Below are positions 33,313-42,007 of a DNA stretch of 42,007 bases, in pieces. Each line of letters begins with the position of its first letter. Positions within the stretch are counted from its first letter, which is position 1. A model generated the notes under the pieces. It did not search any database and was not told the origin of the DNA. It was given only the letters and a program-made list of their open reading frames with translations. Position numbers and translations under genes: made by a program. The DNA lies in assembly GCA_050740975.1 (NCBI GenBank), contig JBOIEE010000334.1:1-42007 (forward strand). The letters run 5' to 3'. This DNA comes from Gammaproteobacteria bacterium (lineage in GTDB: Bacteria; Pseudomonadota; Gammaproteobacteria; JBOHHR01).

Positions 33313-34515
33313 ATGGCAAAAGTTGTTTGTGTGCTCTACGCCGATCCCGTTACCGGGTATCCGAAGTCCTATGCCCGCGATGAAATTCCGAAGCTCGAAC
33401 ACTATCCCGACGGGCAGACCTTGCCCTCCCCAAAGGGCATCGATTTCAAACCCGGCGAGCTGCTAGGCAGCGTCTCGGGCGAGCTCGGCTTGCGCAAGTT
33501 TCTCGAAGCCAATGGGCACCAGCTCGTCGTCACCTCCAGTAAGGACGGCCCGGACTCGGTGTTGGAAAAAGAGCTGCCGGACGCGGACATCGTGATCTCC
33601 CAGCCCTTCTGGCCCGCCTATATGACCGCGGCGCGTATCGCCAAAGCACCCAAGCTCAAGCTCATCGTCACCGCCGGGATCGGTTCCGACCATACCGATC
33701 TGCAAGCGGCGATCGAGCACGGGATCACGGTGGCCGAGGTCACCTATTGCAACAGCATTAGCGTCGCCGAGCACGTAGTCATGATGATCCTCTCGCTGGT
33801 GCGCAACTACATCCCGTCCTATCAGTGGGTCATCGACAAGGGTTGGAACATCGCCGACTGCGTGGCACGTTCCTATGATCTGGAAGGCATGGCGGTCGGA
33901 ACCGTGGCCGCTGGGCGCATCGGGCTCGCCGTGCTGCGCCGGCTCAAGCCCTTCGATGTAAAGCTCCATTACACCGACCGGCATCGGCTCTCACCGGACA
34001 TCGAGCGGGAATTGGACCTCACCTTCCATACGAACGCCGAATCGCTGGCGCGGGTTTGTGATGTGGTGACCATCAACTGCCCGCTGCACCCCGAGACCGA
34101 GCACATGTTTAACGACACGCTGATCGGCAAGATGAAGCGCGGCGCCTACATCGTCAACACCGCGCGCGGCAAGATCTGCGATCGCGACGCGATCGCCCGC
34201 GCGCTTGAGAGCGGCCAGCTTGCCGGTTACGCTGGAGACGTGTGGTTTCCGCAGCCCCCGCCCAAGGATCACCCCTGGCGCACTATGCCGCATCACGGCA
34301 TGACCCCGCACATCTCCGGGACAAGCCTGTCGGCGCAGGCGCGCTACGCGGCGGGGGTGCGCGAGATCCTGGAGTGCTGGTTCGAAGGCCACCCCATCCG
34401 CAACGAATACCTCGTCGTCGACCAAGGCAAACTCGCAGGGGTAGGCGCACATTCGTACAGCGCTGGCAACGCGACGGGCGGCTCTGAGGAAGCAGCCCGG
34501 TTCAAACAAGGATAG
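33313..34515 (+). CDS. fdh: NAD-dependent formate dehydrogenase (metal-independent, D-2-hydroxyacid dehydrogenase superfamily)
   Basis: MAKVVCVLY.DP..GYP..YARD.IP....YPDGQTLP.PK.IDF.PG.LLG.VSGELGLR.FLE..GH.LVVT.DKDG is the hallmark N-terminus. GAGRIG dinucleotide fold. 400 aa. Confidence 0.95.
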   Translation: MAKVVCVLYADPVTGYPKSYARDEIPKLEHYPDGQTLPSPKGIDFKPGELLGSVSGELGLRKFLEANGHQLVVTSSKDGPDSVLEKELPDADIVISQPFWPAYMTAARIAKAPKLKLIVTAGIGSDHTDLQAAIEHGITVAEVTYCNSISVAEHVVMMILSLVRNYIPSYQWVIDKGWNIADCVARSYDLEGMAVGTVAAGRIGLAVLRRLKPFDVKLHYTDRHRLSPDIERELDLTFHTNAESLARVCDVVTINCPLHPETEHMFNDTLIGKMKRGAYIVNTARGKICDRDAIARALESGQLAGYAGDVWFPQPPPKDHPWRTMPHHGMTPHISGTSLSAQARYAAGVREILECWFEGHPIRNEYLVVDQGKLAGVGAHSYSAGNATGGSEEAARFKQG

Positions 34516-34851
34516 CCCGCGCACTCTCTGTAAAAAGTTGTTTTCTAAAGCCCGGGCGCCAAGTACACATCTGTTATCTCACGAGGCCGTTAATATAGGA
34601 TGTGGAGTCTCTACATTCACCATGCGCGGCACTAACCGAGTGGGGTGATATCAGCTCCTACGACCCTAAGCTTTCGCTCCACCGGACGCGCTAAAAAAGG
34701 GGCGCGTCCGGTAAGCTTATTGGGGTCATCTATTTCAGACGATGGCTCAGGAGAGCATGGGGCAAGCACGGACGCACATCGAGAGCGGACACGCCGAAAA
34801 GCAGCATCCCGATGAACAGCGTACCAGGGCTGTTCAAGTCGGAACTCAAAC

Positions 34852-35673
34852 TCAAACGAAGATCCCCAGGATAACGCTTGAAGCCTTGAAGATGGCCGTC
34901 GCTCTCTTTCCTTCAGCCAAGCCAAGTGACTTCAAGCTGTCAAGCGTTATGGTGGCCGCGATCGCGCCTCCACCATCGAGGTCGAGAACCACTTCGGCAT
35001 TCACCGCTCCGGGCGTGACTCCGGCAACTGTTCCCTTAAGCTGATTGCGGGCAGACAGATGCATGTCGTCGGTGTCGGTGGCTATGATGACCGATGACGA
35101 CTTCACCAATGCGAACGCCGTCGTATTGATGCGCAAACCTAGGGATTCGGAGCTTTCCCGCGTCACGATGGCCACCAGCTTTCCACCGCCGGGAAGCGTC
35201 AGCCCCACTTCGTCATTGACGGCACCGGCGCGGATGGCGGTGACCGTTCCCATGAACTGGTTGCGGGCGCTGGTCTTCATGTTCAAGGTCCTCAGAAGGT
35301 TCATGTCGTCTCCGAGGTTGATCGCCTCATCGCTCAGCAACTGCACGAACCTGCGGTGTATGGCTTCGACCTGCGCGAATCGCTGAACAAGCTGTTTTCC
35401 TCGCTCCGTGAGGCGCGTGGAGCCTCCGCCACGACCGCCGGTACTGCGCTCGACTAAAGGCTCACCGGCCAGGTTATTCATGGTATCCACGGCTTCCCAG
35501 GCGGCTTTGTAGCTCATTCCAATCGCCTTGGCGGCCTGGGTGATAGAGCCGCGCTCGGCGACGGCGCGTAGAAGCCCGGTCCGCCCTTTGCCCCCGAGGT
35601 TGTCGCCGCCAACGGTCATCCATATGGTCCCATCCAGCTCGATGGGTCTGCTCTTCTTGCGCGTATTACCCAT
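34852..35673 (-). CDS. modE: Molybdate-responsive transcriptional regulator ModE (HTH plus two Mop/TOBE domains)
   Basis: GSITQAAKAIGMSYKAAWEAVDTMNNL...PLV.R..GG.GGGST.LT..G, plus two SARNQ..G.V......AVN.EV.L.L repeats. Confidence 0.9.
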   Translation of the reverse strand: MGNTRKKSRPIELDGTIWMTVGGDNLGGKGRTGLLRAVAERGSITQAAKAIGMSYKAAWEAVDTMNNLAGEPLVERSTGGRGGGSTRLTERGKQLVQRFAQVEAIHRRFVQLLSDEAINLGDDMNLLRTLNMKTSARNQFMGTVTAIRAGAVNDEVGLTLPGGGKLVAIVTRESSESLGLRINTTAFALVKSSSVIIATDTDDMHLSARNQLKGTVAGVTPGAVNAEVVLDLDGGGAIAATITLDSLKSLGLAEGKRATAIFKASSVILGIFV

Positions 35674-36418
35674 CGATACACGCCAGGCTTTCGTTCGGCA
35701 CTGAGGCAGCCAGAGTGACGACCATCTCGGATGCTGGGGTCAGGTCGACTACACGCCCCTCTTCCAGGTGTACGACTTCTTCCGCGAAATACGACACATC
35801 GTCTTCGTCGTGGGTGATCAAGAGTACCGGAATGTCCAAGTGCTGCTGCAAGTCGCGGAGTCCATCCCGTAATCGGTGCCGCAGCGTCTTGTCGAGTGCG
35901 GCAAAGGGTTCGTCCAGCAGCAAGGCCCTAGGCTGAGTAACCAGCGCTCGTGCGAGCGCCGTGCGCTGACGTTGTCCCCCGGAGAGTTGCTCTGGGAAGT
36001 GCCTCTCGATGGGTTCAAGACCGAATGCCCCGATCCAGCGATCAACGGCTTCATTCACCATGTCGCATGGCGGATTGCGCCAGCCGAGCCTCAGCCCAAA
36101 CGCAATGTTCTGTCGCACGGTCAGGTGCGGAAACAGCGCGTAGTCCTGAAAGACGTAGCCCAACCGGCGATCCTGGGCCGCAAGGTCGATCCCGGTCCCG
36201 TGGTCAAAGACCACTTCTCCGGCCAGGCTCACACGGCCACGATCCGGTCTGGCCAACCCCGCGATCATCTTGAGCGTTTGGGTTTTGCCCGCGCCAGAGG
36301 GTCCGAACAGCACTAGGCGCTGCGATGGACTCTCAAAACACACCTTGAGATCAAACCGGGTCTTCGCGTGTTCGAAACGCTTTGAAACGTCGATATCCCA
36401 AATTAACGCGCTCTCCAT
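35666..36418 (-). CDS. modC: Molybdate ABC transporter ATP-binding protein (short form without C-terminal TOBE domain)
   Basis: Walker A GPSGAGKT, signature LSGGQRQR, Walker B LLLDEPFAALD. 250 aa. An 8-nt overlap with the modE start and a 1-nt overlap with the modB stop. Confidence 0.85.
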   Translation of the reverse strand: MESALIWDIDVSKRFEHAKTRFDLKVCFESPSQRLVLFGPSGAGKTQTLKMIAGLARPDRGRVSLAGEVVFDHGTGIDLAAQDRRLGYVFQDYALFPHLTVRQNIAFGLRLGWRNPPCDMVNEAVDRWIGAFGLEPIERHFPEQLSGGQRQRTALARALVTQPRALLLDEPFAALDKTLRHRLRDGLRDLQQHLDIPVLLITHDEDDVSYFAEEVVHLEEGRVVDLTPASEMVVTLAASVPNESLACIDG

Positions 36419-37098
36419 CAGGTGTTACTTGCGACCCGGCCGGGGATCAGCCGGCCTGCGGCGAGCAGCACCGCCAGGCAGGTAATTGAAGCGAGCAGAA
36501 CCAACACGACAGCGACATCATCCTGACCCGCCTGGACCGCCTCGTAGACCGCGAGCGACAGCGTCTGGGTTTTACCCGGAATGCTGCCAGCAACCATCAG
36601 CGTGGCCCCAAACTCGCCGGTTGCCCGGGCAAAGGCCAGCAACAACCCCGCCAGGATCCCTCGCCAAGCCAGCGGCAGAGAAACCCTGAAGAACACGCCC
36701 CATTCACGCACGCCAAGCACGCGGGCGGCTTGCTCCAGCTGTGGATCGACGGATTCAAAAGCCGCCCTTGCCGATTTAAAGACGAGGGGGAAGGCCACAA
36801 TGGTGGCGGCGATGACCGCACCTTGGCATGTGAAGATCAGGTTGATGCCAAACTGATCGTTAAGCCAACTGCCGAGCGGGCCTTGGCTTCCGATGAGCAC
36901 GAGTAAGTAATAGCCGAAGACCGTTGGCGGCATGACCATCGGCAAGGTAAGCGCCGCATCCAGCAGATCCCGCCCCCGAAACCGTCCGCGGGCTAGTACA
37001 TAGCCCACGCCGACGCCGAGCACGAGGTTCAGTGCAGTCGCCCATCCCGCGACCTTTAGCGTCAGGGCCAGTGCGATCCACGCGCCGTCCATCGACAA
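36418..37098 (-). CDS. modB: Molybdate ABC transporter permease
   Basis: 226 aa with 5-6 TM segments and an EAA-like loop, LEQAARVLG....F..V.LP. Position between modA and modC. Confidence 0.9.
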   Translation of the reverse strand: MSMDGAWIALALTLKVAGWATALNLVLGVGVGYVLARGRFRGRDLLDAALTLPMVMPPTVFGYYLLVLIGSQGPLGSWLNDQFGINLIFTCQGAVIAATIVAFPLVFKSARAAFESVDPQLEQAARVLGVREWGVFFRVSLPLAWRGILAGLLLAFARATGEFGATLMVAGSIPGKTQTLSLAVYEAVQAGQDDVAVVLVLLASITCLAVLLAAGRLIPGRVASNT

Positions 37099-37101
37099 CC
37101 C

Positions 37102-37845
37102 TCAAGGCTTTCCGAATCCATACTTGGCCAACACGCTCTGTGCCGTCGGCGAGCTGACGAACTCGATGAACTTCTTGGCTGCATCTGTGTTCGTGCTCGT
37201 TGCGATGGAGGCGATCGGGTACAAGATGGGAGTGGGAGTTGGCACCGCGAAGGACACCTTGACTTTATCGGGCATCAACGCCGCGTCGGTCGCGTAGACG
37301 AAGCCGGCATCGACCTCGCCGCGCGCCACGTAATCGAGTGCCTGCCGAACGTTCTGCGCGCCGATCATTTTCGGCTCGATGGCGGCCCATAGGCCGGCCT
37401 TCTCCAACGAAGCCTTGGTGTAGCGCCCAACGGGAACACTCGCAGGCAACCCGATTGCCACTCGCTTGTATGCGGGCTGCGCGAGATCACTCAGGGACTT
37501 GGGAACGGTATTGCCCTGCGCAGGCACGATCACGACCAGAGCATTGGAGACGAAGAAGCTTCGGTCGGAAGCTTTCACCTGGGCTTGGTTCATGGTCTCC
37601 TGATCGGCGCTCGCAAACACGTCCACCGGCGCGCCCTTGGCGATCTGCTGCAGCAGGGCACCGGATGCGCCGAAGTTCAGCTGCACCTTAGTGTCGGGGA
37701 GCTGTGCTTCGAACATCGGAGCCAACTCGCGAAAGGCGTTGGTGAGGCTGGCTGCGGCGGAAACCGTAAGCTCCGCAGCAGAAACGGCGCAACTCAACAC
37801 CACTCCCGCGAGCGTGGCCAACATCCGAAGGCGAACTGACTTCAT
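37102..37845 (-). CDS. modA: Periplasmic molybdate-binding protein
   Basis: Signal peptide MKSVRLRMLATLAGVVLSCAVSA. ..VSAAASL..A......F.......V...FG.SG.L..QI..GAP.DVF.SAD is typical of ModA. Confidence 0.9.
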   Translation of the reverse strand: MKSVRLRMLATLAGVVLSCAVSAAELTVSAAASLTNAFRELAPMFEAQLPDTKVQLNFGASGALLQQIAKGAPVDVFASADQETMNQAQVKASDRSFFVSNALVVIVPAQGNTVPKSLSDLAQPAYKRVAIGLPASVPVGRYTKASLEKAGLWAAIEPKMIGAQNVRQALDYVARGEVDAGFVYATDAALMPDKVKVSFAVPTPTPILYPIASIATSTNTDAAKKFIEFVSSPTAQSVLAKYGFGKP

Positions 37846-37872
37846 AGCTGACTCCCCCTTGTTCCAGACAGG

Positions 37873-37896
37873 CGTAGTATATCAGCCTATATAACG
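37873..37896 (-). promoter_or_regulatory. ModE-box-like inverted repeat upstream of modA
   Basis: The minus strand reads CGTTATATA-GGCTGA-TATACTACG, 28-51 nt upstream of the modA ATG. It resembles the CG.TATATA-N6/7-TATATA.CG ModE operator, with 7 of 9 positions symmetric. Confidence 0.5.
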
Positions 37897-37944
37897 GTTT
37901 GTCTTCCGCTCAATGGGGTGGCGGAGATCCGCCGTACGATCTGG

Positions 37945-38202
37945 CTAGGTGGTGAATAAGCGCATGTGCCGCAGGATCGCCGCTTGGTGGTCGAACGTGA
38001 CAGTCTCTGTGCAGCCAGCGGTCTGGTCTTTGACGCTGATGAGACAATCCGAGAAATCCGCGTTGTGGGCCTTCAACAGGACCAGCGCCGGCTACACAGT
38101 CACCAATTTATGGTGTCGAACGCAGTGCTCAAGCAGATCGCTGCACACTCCTCGGGCGATGAAGGCGGCGAGCAGCACATTGGTATCAAGGACCACCCTC
38201 AC
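37945..38202 (-). pseudogene. PIN-domain toxin pseudogene (internal deletion and in-frame stop); contains repeat copy B (37925-38046)
   Basis: Minus strand reads VRVVLDTNVLLAAFIARGVCSDLLEHCVRHHKLVTV*PALVLLKAHNADFSDCLISVKDQTAGCTETVTFDHQAAIL... Only 258 nt against ~400 nt for an intact PIN toxin. The upstream antitoxin region is also broken. Confidence 0.65.
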
Positions 38203-38529
38203 GAGACACGGTCAAATACGTCTTGGTCGGTATAGATACTCTGAGCTTACGCCTTGGAGGCCATATGTTCGCGAAGCTTCCAGTACAACCCGTACACGAT
38301 GACGCGCCGTTTGGATGCGCGCTCCACTGGAGGCAATGAGTGGAGTTGTAAGGAGCGAAAGGCGAAGGAACATTCCGTTGTGGAGCAAAATGCAGTCAAT
38401 TCCAATTGAGGCATGAGTCTGTGCGATCGGTTTTTGAATAGCTGATTACATAACCGATTGTTGAGTCCTGGGAAGCTTGTGGCGGATCAGCCCTATACGT
38501 TGCCGAATTGATTGGCTAGGCGGGTAACC

Positions 38530-38790
38530 CGATGGTCACCGCGTACAAGGCGGCCTCCTCTATACCGTCCACGTCCAGCAGATCGTTCACGTTGTCGTCG
38601 GGCGTTGAGAAACGTTGCCCGGCCGGGCAGCGGTTATTCGCCACCGTCACGAGGAGTGGTTGCGGTTCCTGCGTCGTATCGACCGGCAAACGCCTAAGGA
38701 GAAGGAACTGCACTTGATCTGCGATAACTATGCACCGTTCGTTGCAGGCCTGCTCCGGGAAGCGTACCATCCCCGTCTGGGTAGCAGACG
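38530..38790 (+). mobile_element. IS630-family transposase remnant
   Basis: [32 protein letters not shown] is the characteristic block around the second catalytic Asp of IS630/Tc1-type DDE transposases. Upstream homology is in other frames. No ends or full ORF. Confidence 0.6.
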
Positions 38791-38925
38791 CCCGCGAAGG
38801 CCGATGCCAGCGCCAGGCCTGGGATAGCGCGGGTCCCCTGGGGTTTTCGTCTTGCGCCTGCCTGCGCTACTTGGAAAACCGCTGCCAGCGCGCAGTAAGA
38901 AAATAGAAACTCTTACCGGGGGTGA

Positions 38926-39519
38926 CTACGCTCGATCGGCGCGCGCACGTAGCGCGAAATAACCGATCATTTGCCGGCGCCCCCACCACCATTTGAAGTG
39001 GACTTTCCCAAGATAAATCCCTTCATCCACTTGCACGAGCTCATCGATTAGGGGGCGGATCGTGAGCGTTGGGTTGGCCGGGGAGTCATAATCTATCTTG
39101 AAGACGCTGCGGTCGGGGTCGACCTGACCCGCCGTGATCGACGTCTGAAACACAAAAGCGCGAAAGGCCTCGGGCTCATATTCGATGTAACTCCTATAGA
39201 ACGGGAACAGCACGCGGAAGATCAAGCGATTACCTCGACCGAAGATGTTGTCGCCCTGGGAGTTTGCCGCCATCACATATTTGCCTTTCCACGGCATCCA
39301 CAATCTTGCCAGCCCTTCAACGAATTGAGTGACTCCCGGTGCGATTTCGACCGCCACCAACTCACCGTGATAGGGTCCATCGAGCGGCGGTTGCGGCGGA
39401 TGACCCGCCCGAAAAAGTTCATTGAGCGCGGCCAAGCCTTGCTGACGATCTTGCTTGTATAGCGCCTGCGCGGTACGGATACGGTCGGTTGCTGCAACCG
39501 AGCCTGTGGAATCGTTCAT
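38926..39519 (-). CDS. Conserved-looking hypothetical protein
   Basis: ATG at 39519 preceded by GAAGAGGGGG. 197 aa. No motif recognised. Confidence 0.55.
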   Translation of the reverse strand: MNDSTGSVAATDRIRTAQALYKQDRQQGLAALNELFRAGHPPQPPLDGPYHGELVAVEIAPGVTQFVEGLARLWMPWKGKYVMAANSQGDNIFGRGNRLIFRVLFPFYRSYIEYEPEAFRAFVFQTSITAGQVDPDRSVFKIDYDSPANPTLTIRPLIDELVQVDEGIYLGKVHFKWWWGRRQMIGYFALRARADRA

Positions 39520-39707
39520 AACGCCCCCTCTTCTGTAGACATTGTGATAATAATTCAACGTATAGCGCGTGATTCTTCTATTCCCACGGCGGCAAATGCC
39601 CCCCTCTTCTTACCCGGCAATTCAATACCCTCACCCCCACCCTCTCTCTCGGAGGGAGAGGGAACTTTACTGTTGTTGGGTTAATAATATAGCAGTTGTG
39701 CCTGTCC

Positions 39708-39993
39708 CTACCCTGAGTGATCGGTCCGACGGTCCTGATTCTCGATCGTGCTTTGTGCATCTTCGATAATCACATCCGAAGCTTTCTCGCTGGTCAGGTA
39801 CACGGCCGTCATATGAAACCCCCGGGTATTCTGGAAAAAACCGAGGCGTCCACGACGCGTAAACGGTGCCGTATACCCGGAATCGGCTATCGACCACGGT
39901 CATCGGGTCGCTCGCCGGCCCTATTTTACACGTGCAGGAGGCATGATGCCCCCAGGCATTATCTTTGATGAACTGGCGGATCCGCAGTACCTC
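39708..39993 (-). pseudogene. C-terminal fragment of a GMC-family oxidoreductase, multiply frameshifted
   Basis: The frames give AWGHHASCTCKIGPASDPMTVVDSRFRVYG, RVVDASVFSRIPGGF and GFHMTAVYLTSEKASDVIIEDAQ, which are the three conserved blocks of the GMC C-terminal domain in three different frames. Confidence 0.65.
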
Positions 39994-40130
39994 CGGCAAT
40001 GATACCTCGGTCCGGACCGCGGCCAATGACAGCATCACCGGCCCCGCAGGAGACGATACGCTTTCGGGCGGTGCCGGGCACGACGTCCTACGAGGCGAGG
40101 AGGGTGACGACATGCTCTTCGGGGAGGAGT
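39989..40130 (+). pseudogene. Short RTX / hemolysin-type calcium-binding repeat fragment
   Basis: TSGNDT...GPAGDDTLSGGAGHDVLRGEEGDDMLFG gives three GGxGxD-type nonapeptides with no surrounding gene. Confidence 0.4.
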
Positions 40131-40671
40131 GTAGGAGGAGTGTAGATAGCATATCAATGGCAAATCATATGCTCGCCTTTTGTAGCACCTGAATTGTCCG
40201 GTTTCCTGTTGAGCCTGAGGAGGGTCAACATGAACCGAGCGAGAATGCTACAAGAGGTGAGGAAGATGAGGTTTGAAGAGCTCTGTCGATCCAGTCAAGC
40301 CATTAGCGTTTAACCGTTTCAACACCGTGTCCAAGCTACACCGGTCAAAGACGGAATTCCTTCACACACCGGCCAGAGCTGCAGAGTTCCGGACAACGCC
40401 ATTCGGAAAACGTCAGCGTCGGATTGCGTGCTCGGCCCTAGAACCGGAAAAACTCTATGATATGACTGGATTGTCGTAATGGCGCCGCGGTTTGCGATTG
40501 TGGTAACCGATCGCCACTACTTGCAAGATGGTAGCGGGTTGCCTTTATCAAAGTTGTCGATCGAGGCGAGCTTTGATGCTGCCTCGGTGATAAACTCAAA
40601 TTCTTCTTACGGCCGTTTCGAAACGCGATTCGCCGGTTACAACGGCTTTTGATCCTGCCAGAGGTCCGAAG

Positions 40672-41556
40672 ATGAAGTTTGCTGTTATTACCTTGCCGTA
40701 CAGTGTGGATGGGTGGGATAAGGGTACCGAGGCGGGGCCCGTAGCGCTGTTGCAGGCGGGGCTCATAGGCTGGCTGCAGGAACAAGGGCACGAGGTGGCC
40801 GGTCCGTACCACGTCGAATTAACACCCAAAGAACAGGCGGCCTATGGTGCCTGGAACAAGATCGGCTTTGCCAATGCGCACCTTGCCCGACTGATCTCGG
40901 AAGCAACACAGGCACAGGCTTTTCCACTGGTTTTGGAAAGCAATTGTTACGGCGCCATCGGCGCCCTAGCCGGGCTTCAAATGTCTGTCAACCCAGCCTC
41001 TCCGCGCCTCGGCATGATCTGGATAGATGCCCACGGAGATTGCAACACACCGGAAACGACACTGAGCGGCATGCTCAGCGGGATGCCCGTCGCGATCGCT
41101 ATAGGACTATGTCTGCACCGACTTCGCAAACAGGCGGGGCTTGATCCCCCGATCGATCCGCGTGACGTAGTGATGGTTGGGGTGCGGGCCAACGATCCCC
41201 TGGAGCAGGAGTTGATCGATCAGCTCGGCATCGAAATGGTGCCGGCGGCCGATGTCAAAGGGGATTGCCGCCAGTTTTGCGCTGCGATGAGCCGCCTGAG
41301 CAGCACCGTCGATCGGATCTATATCCACTTTGATGTCGATGCGCTTGATGAATCGGAGGTGGCGTCCATGTGGCTGTCGGAACCGAACGGTCCAATGAGG
41401 GCAGAATTAGCCGTCGCGTTGGAGGTCATCATGGCCTATCCCAAAGTTGCCGCGTTTGGGATCGCGGACATTAACCCGGACGAGGATGTGGAAGGGAAGA
41501 TGGTTCAATCGGCCCTGGCCGTCATTAAAGGTGGTGTTGCGGGCGTTGCCGGGTAA
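40672..41556 (+). CDS. Arginase/agmatinase/formiminoglutamase-family ureohydrolase
   Basis: WIDAHGDCNTPETT.SG...GMP.A and IYIHFDVDALD manganese-ligand motifs. 294 aa. Confidence 0.85.
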   Translation: MKFAVITLPYSVDGWDKGTEAGPVALLQAGLIGWLQEQGHEVAGPYHVELTPKEQAAYGAWNKIGFANAHLARLISEATQAQAFPLVLESNCYGAIGALAGLQMSVNPASPRLGMIWIDAHGDCNTPETTLSGMLSGMPVAIAIGLCLHRLRKQAGLDPPIDPRDVVMVGVRANDPLEQELIDQLGIEMVPAADVKGDCRQFCAAMSRLSSTVDRIYIHFDVDALDESEVASMWLSEPNGPMRAELAVALEVIMAYPKVAAFGIADINPDEDVEGKMVQSALAVIKGGVAGVAG

Positions 41557-41664
41557 CCAACGGTCTTCCCTCAGTGATCTTTTGTTCCAATCGAGACGTT
41601 GATCGAAATCGTACCGAGGTGATGTTTCCAAACCGGCTAAAGCGTCAGCAGTGTATTGCGGAGC

Positions 41665-41757
41665 TTTTTGACTGTGGGATCGATGGAATCGAAAGACGGA
41701 CATGAATCGAGGAGTCCTTTGGAGATGTCTCCAGAGGAAATGCGAAGCCTTGGGTAC
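41665..41757 (+). repeat. Parent copy of the 21803-21897 duplicate (upstream region and first codons of the decarboxylase gene)
   Basis: See 21803-21897. Includes the ATG at 41725. Confidence 0.6.
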
Positions 41758-42007
41758 CGCGTTGTCGAGATGATAATCGAACATTTTGAGCAACTCCGAG
41801 ACAAGCCCGTCACGCGGGTCAGCGACAGGCAGCGACTAGAACAGCGGCTACGGGAACCGCTCCCCGAAAAGGGGAAGGCGATAGGCACGCTTCTGGATCA
41901 ATTGCAGCACGATGTTTTTGGCAACATCATGCACATGGATCATCCGCGCTTCTTCGCCTACGTTCCGGGACCGACCAATTTTGTGAGCGTCATGGCGGAT
42001 GCGCTGG
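41725..42007 (+). CDS. Group II pyridoxal-dependent (aromatic-amino-acid/glutamate-type) decarboxylase, N-terminal part, open at the window end
   Basis: My own translation: MSPEEMRSLGYRVVEMIIEHFEQLRDKPV...LPEKG......L..L..DVF.....MDHPRFFAYVPGP.NFVSVMADAL, a typical N-terminus of this family. Not in the ORF track because no stop is reached. Confidence 0.8.
   Translation, partial: MSPEEMRSLGYRVVEMIIEHFEQLRDKPVTRVSDRQRLEQRLREPLPEKGKAIGTLLDQLQHDVFGNIMHMDHPRFFAYVPGPTNFVSVMADAL

Noticed and set aside
33463-34524. 173-aa and 177-aa minus-strand ORFs
   Set aside because: Antisense to the formate dehydrogenase gene. Typical GC-rich shadow ORFs.
34682-34711. 10-bp perfect stem (ccggacgcgc / gcgcgtccgg, 10-nt loop) between the convergent fdh and modE genes, considered as a bidirectional terminator
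   Set aside because: No U-tract follows on either strand, and it lies 140-170 nt from both stop codons. It is a hairpin, but I am not confident it is an intrinsic terminator.
653-38046. The 37-kb segment between the two PIN-fragment repeats, considered as a genomic island
   Set aside because: The segment contains a conserved housekeeping block (hemC, gshB-tonB-yqgE-ruvX-pyrRBC') at host-like GC. The repeats are better explained as relics of paralogous TA loci.
40230-40313. 27-codon ORF MNRARMLQEVRKMRFEELCRSSQAISV with a good RBS
   Set aside because: It resembles the N-termini of some IS-encoded proteins from memory only. It is too short and I cannot name the family, so I mention it only within the decay-zone finding.

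Overview
GC-rich (about 60% in my spot counts) proteobacterial chromosomal segment. It was read by eye with no searches run, so every family call rests on motifs I recognise in the supplied translations. Core backbone: hemC (-); a gshB-tonB-yqgE-ruvX-pyrR-pyrB-pyrC'-pyrK-like block (+, 4.1-11.0 kb, the gene order known from Pseudomonas-type gammaproteobacteria); a His-rich outer-membrane barrel plus a BNR lipoprotein; an amidohydrolase; LysR plus NAD-dependent formate dehydrogenase; a tightly packed modA-B-C-E operon (-) with a ModE-box-like operator; and an arginase-family gene plus a group II PLP decarboxylase at the right edge. Accessory or decayed material: the 3' end of a group II intron at the left edge; a toxin-antitoxin islet with intact and decayed copies and an IS66 remnant (0.4-2.7 kb); two hairpin MITE-like elements (3.6-4.1 kb); a frameshifted MBL hydrolase; a second antitoxin with a truncated toxin (21.5 kb); and a gene-decay zone (37.9-40.5 kb) holding PIN, IS630, GMC-oxidoreductase and RTX fragments. 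No rRNA, tRNA or CRISPR array was seen. Two regions stand out. (1) A lower-GC 5.3-kb islet (13.57-18.86 kb) is bounded by 52-bp direct repeats and carries a tight three-gene operon: a 930-aa SIR2 / SAMHD1-type HD fusion, a 368-aa orphan protein and an ImmA/IrrE-type metalloprotease. This is my best candidate for an undescribed defence or abortive-infection system. (2) A five-gene extracytoplasmic copper-protein cluster (22.1-31.9 kb) is built around a ~1560-aa multicopper oxidase bracketed by two Ig-repeat cupredoxin lipoproteins.
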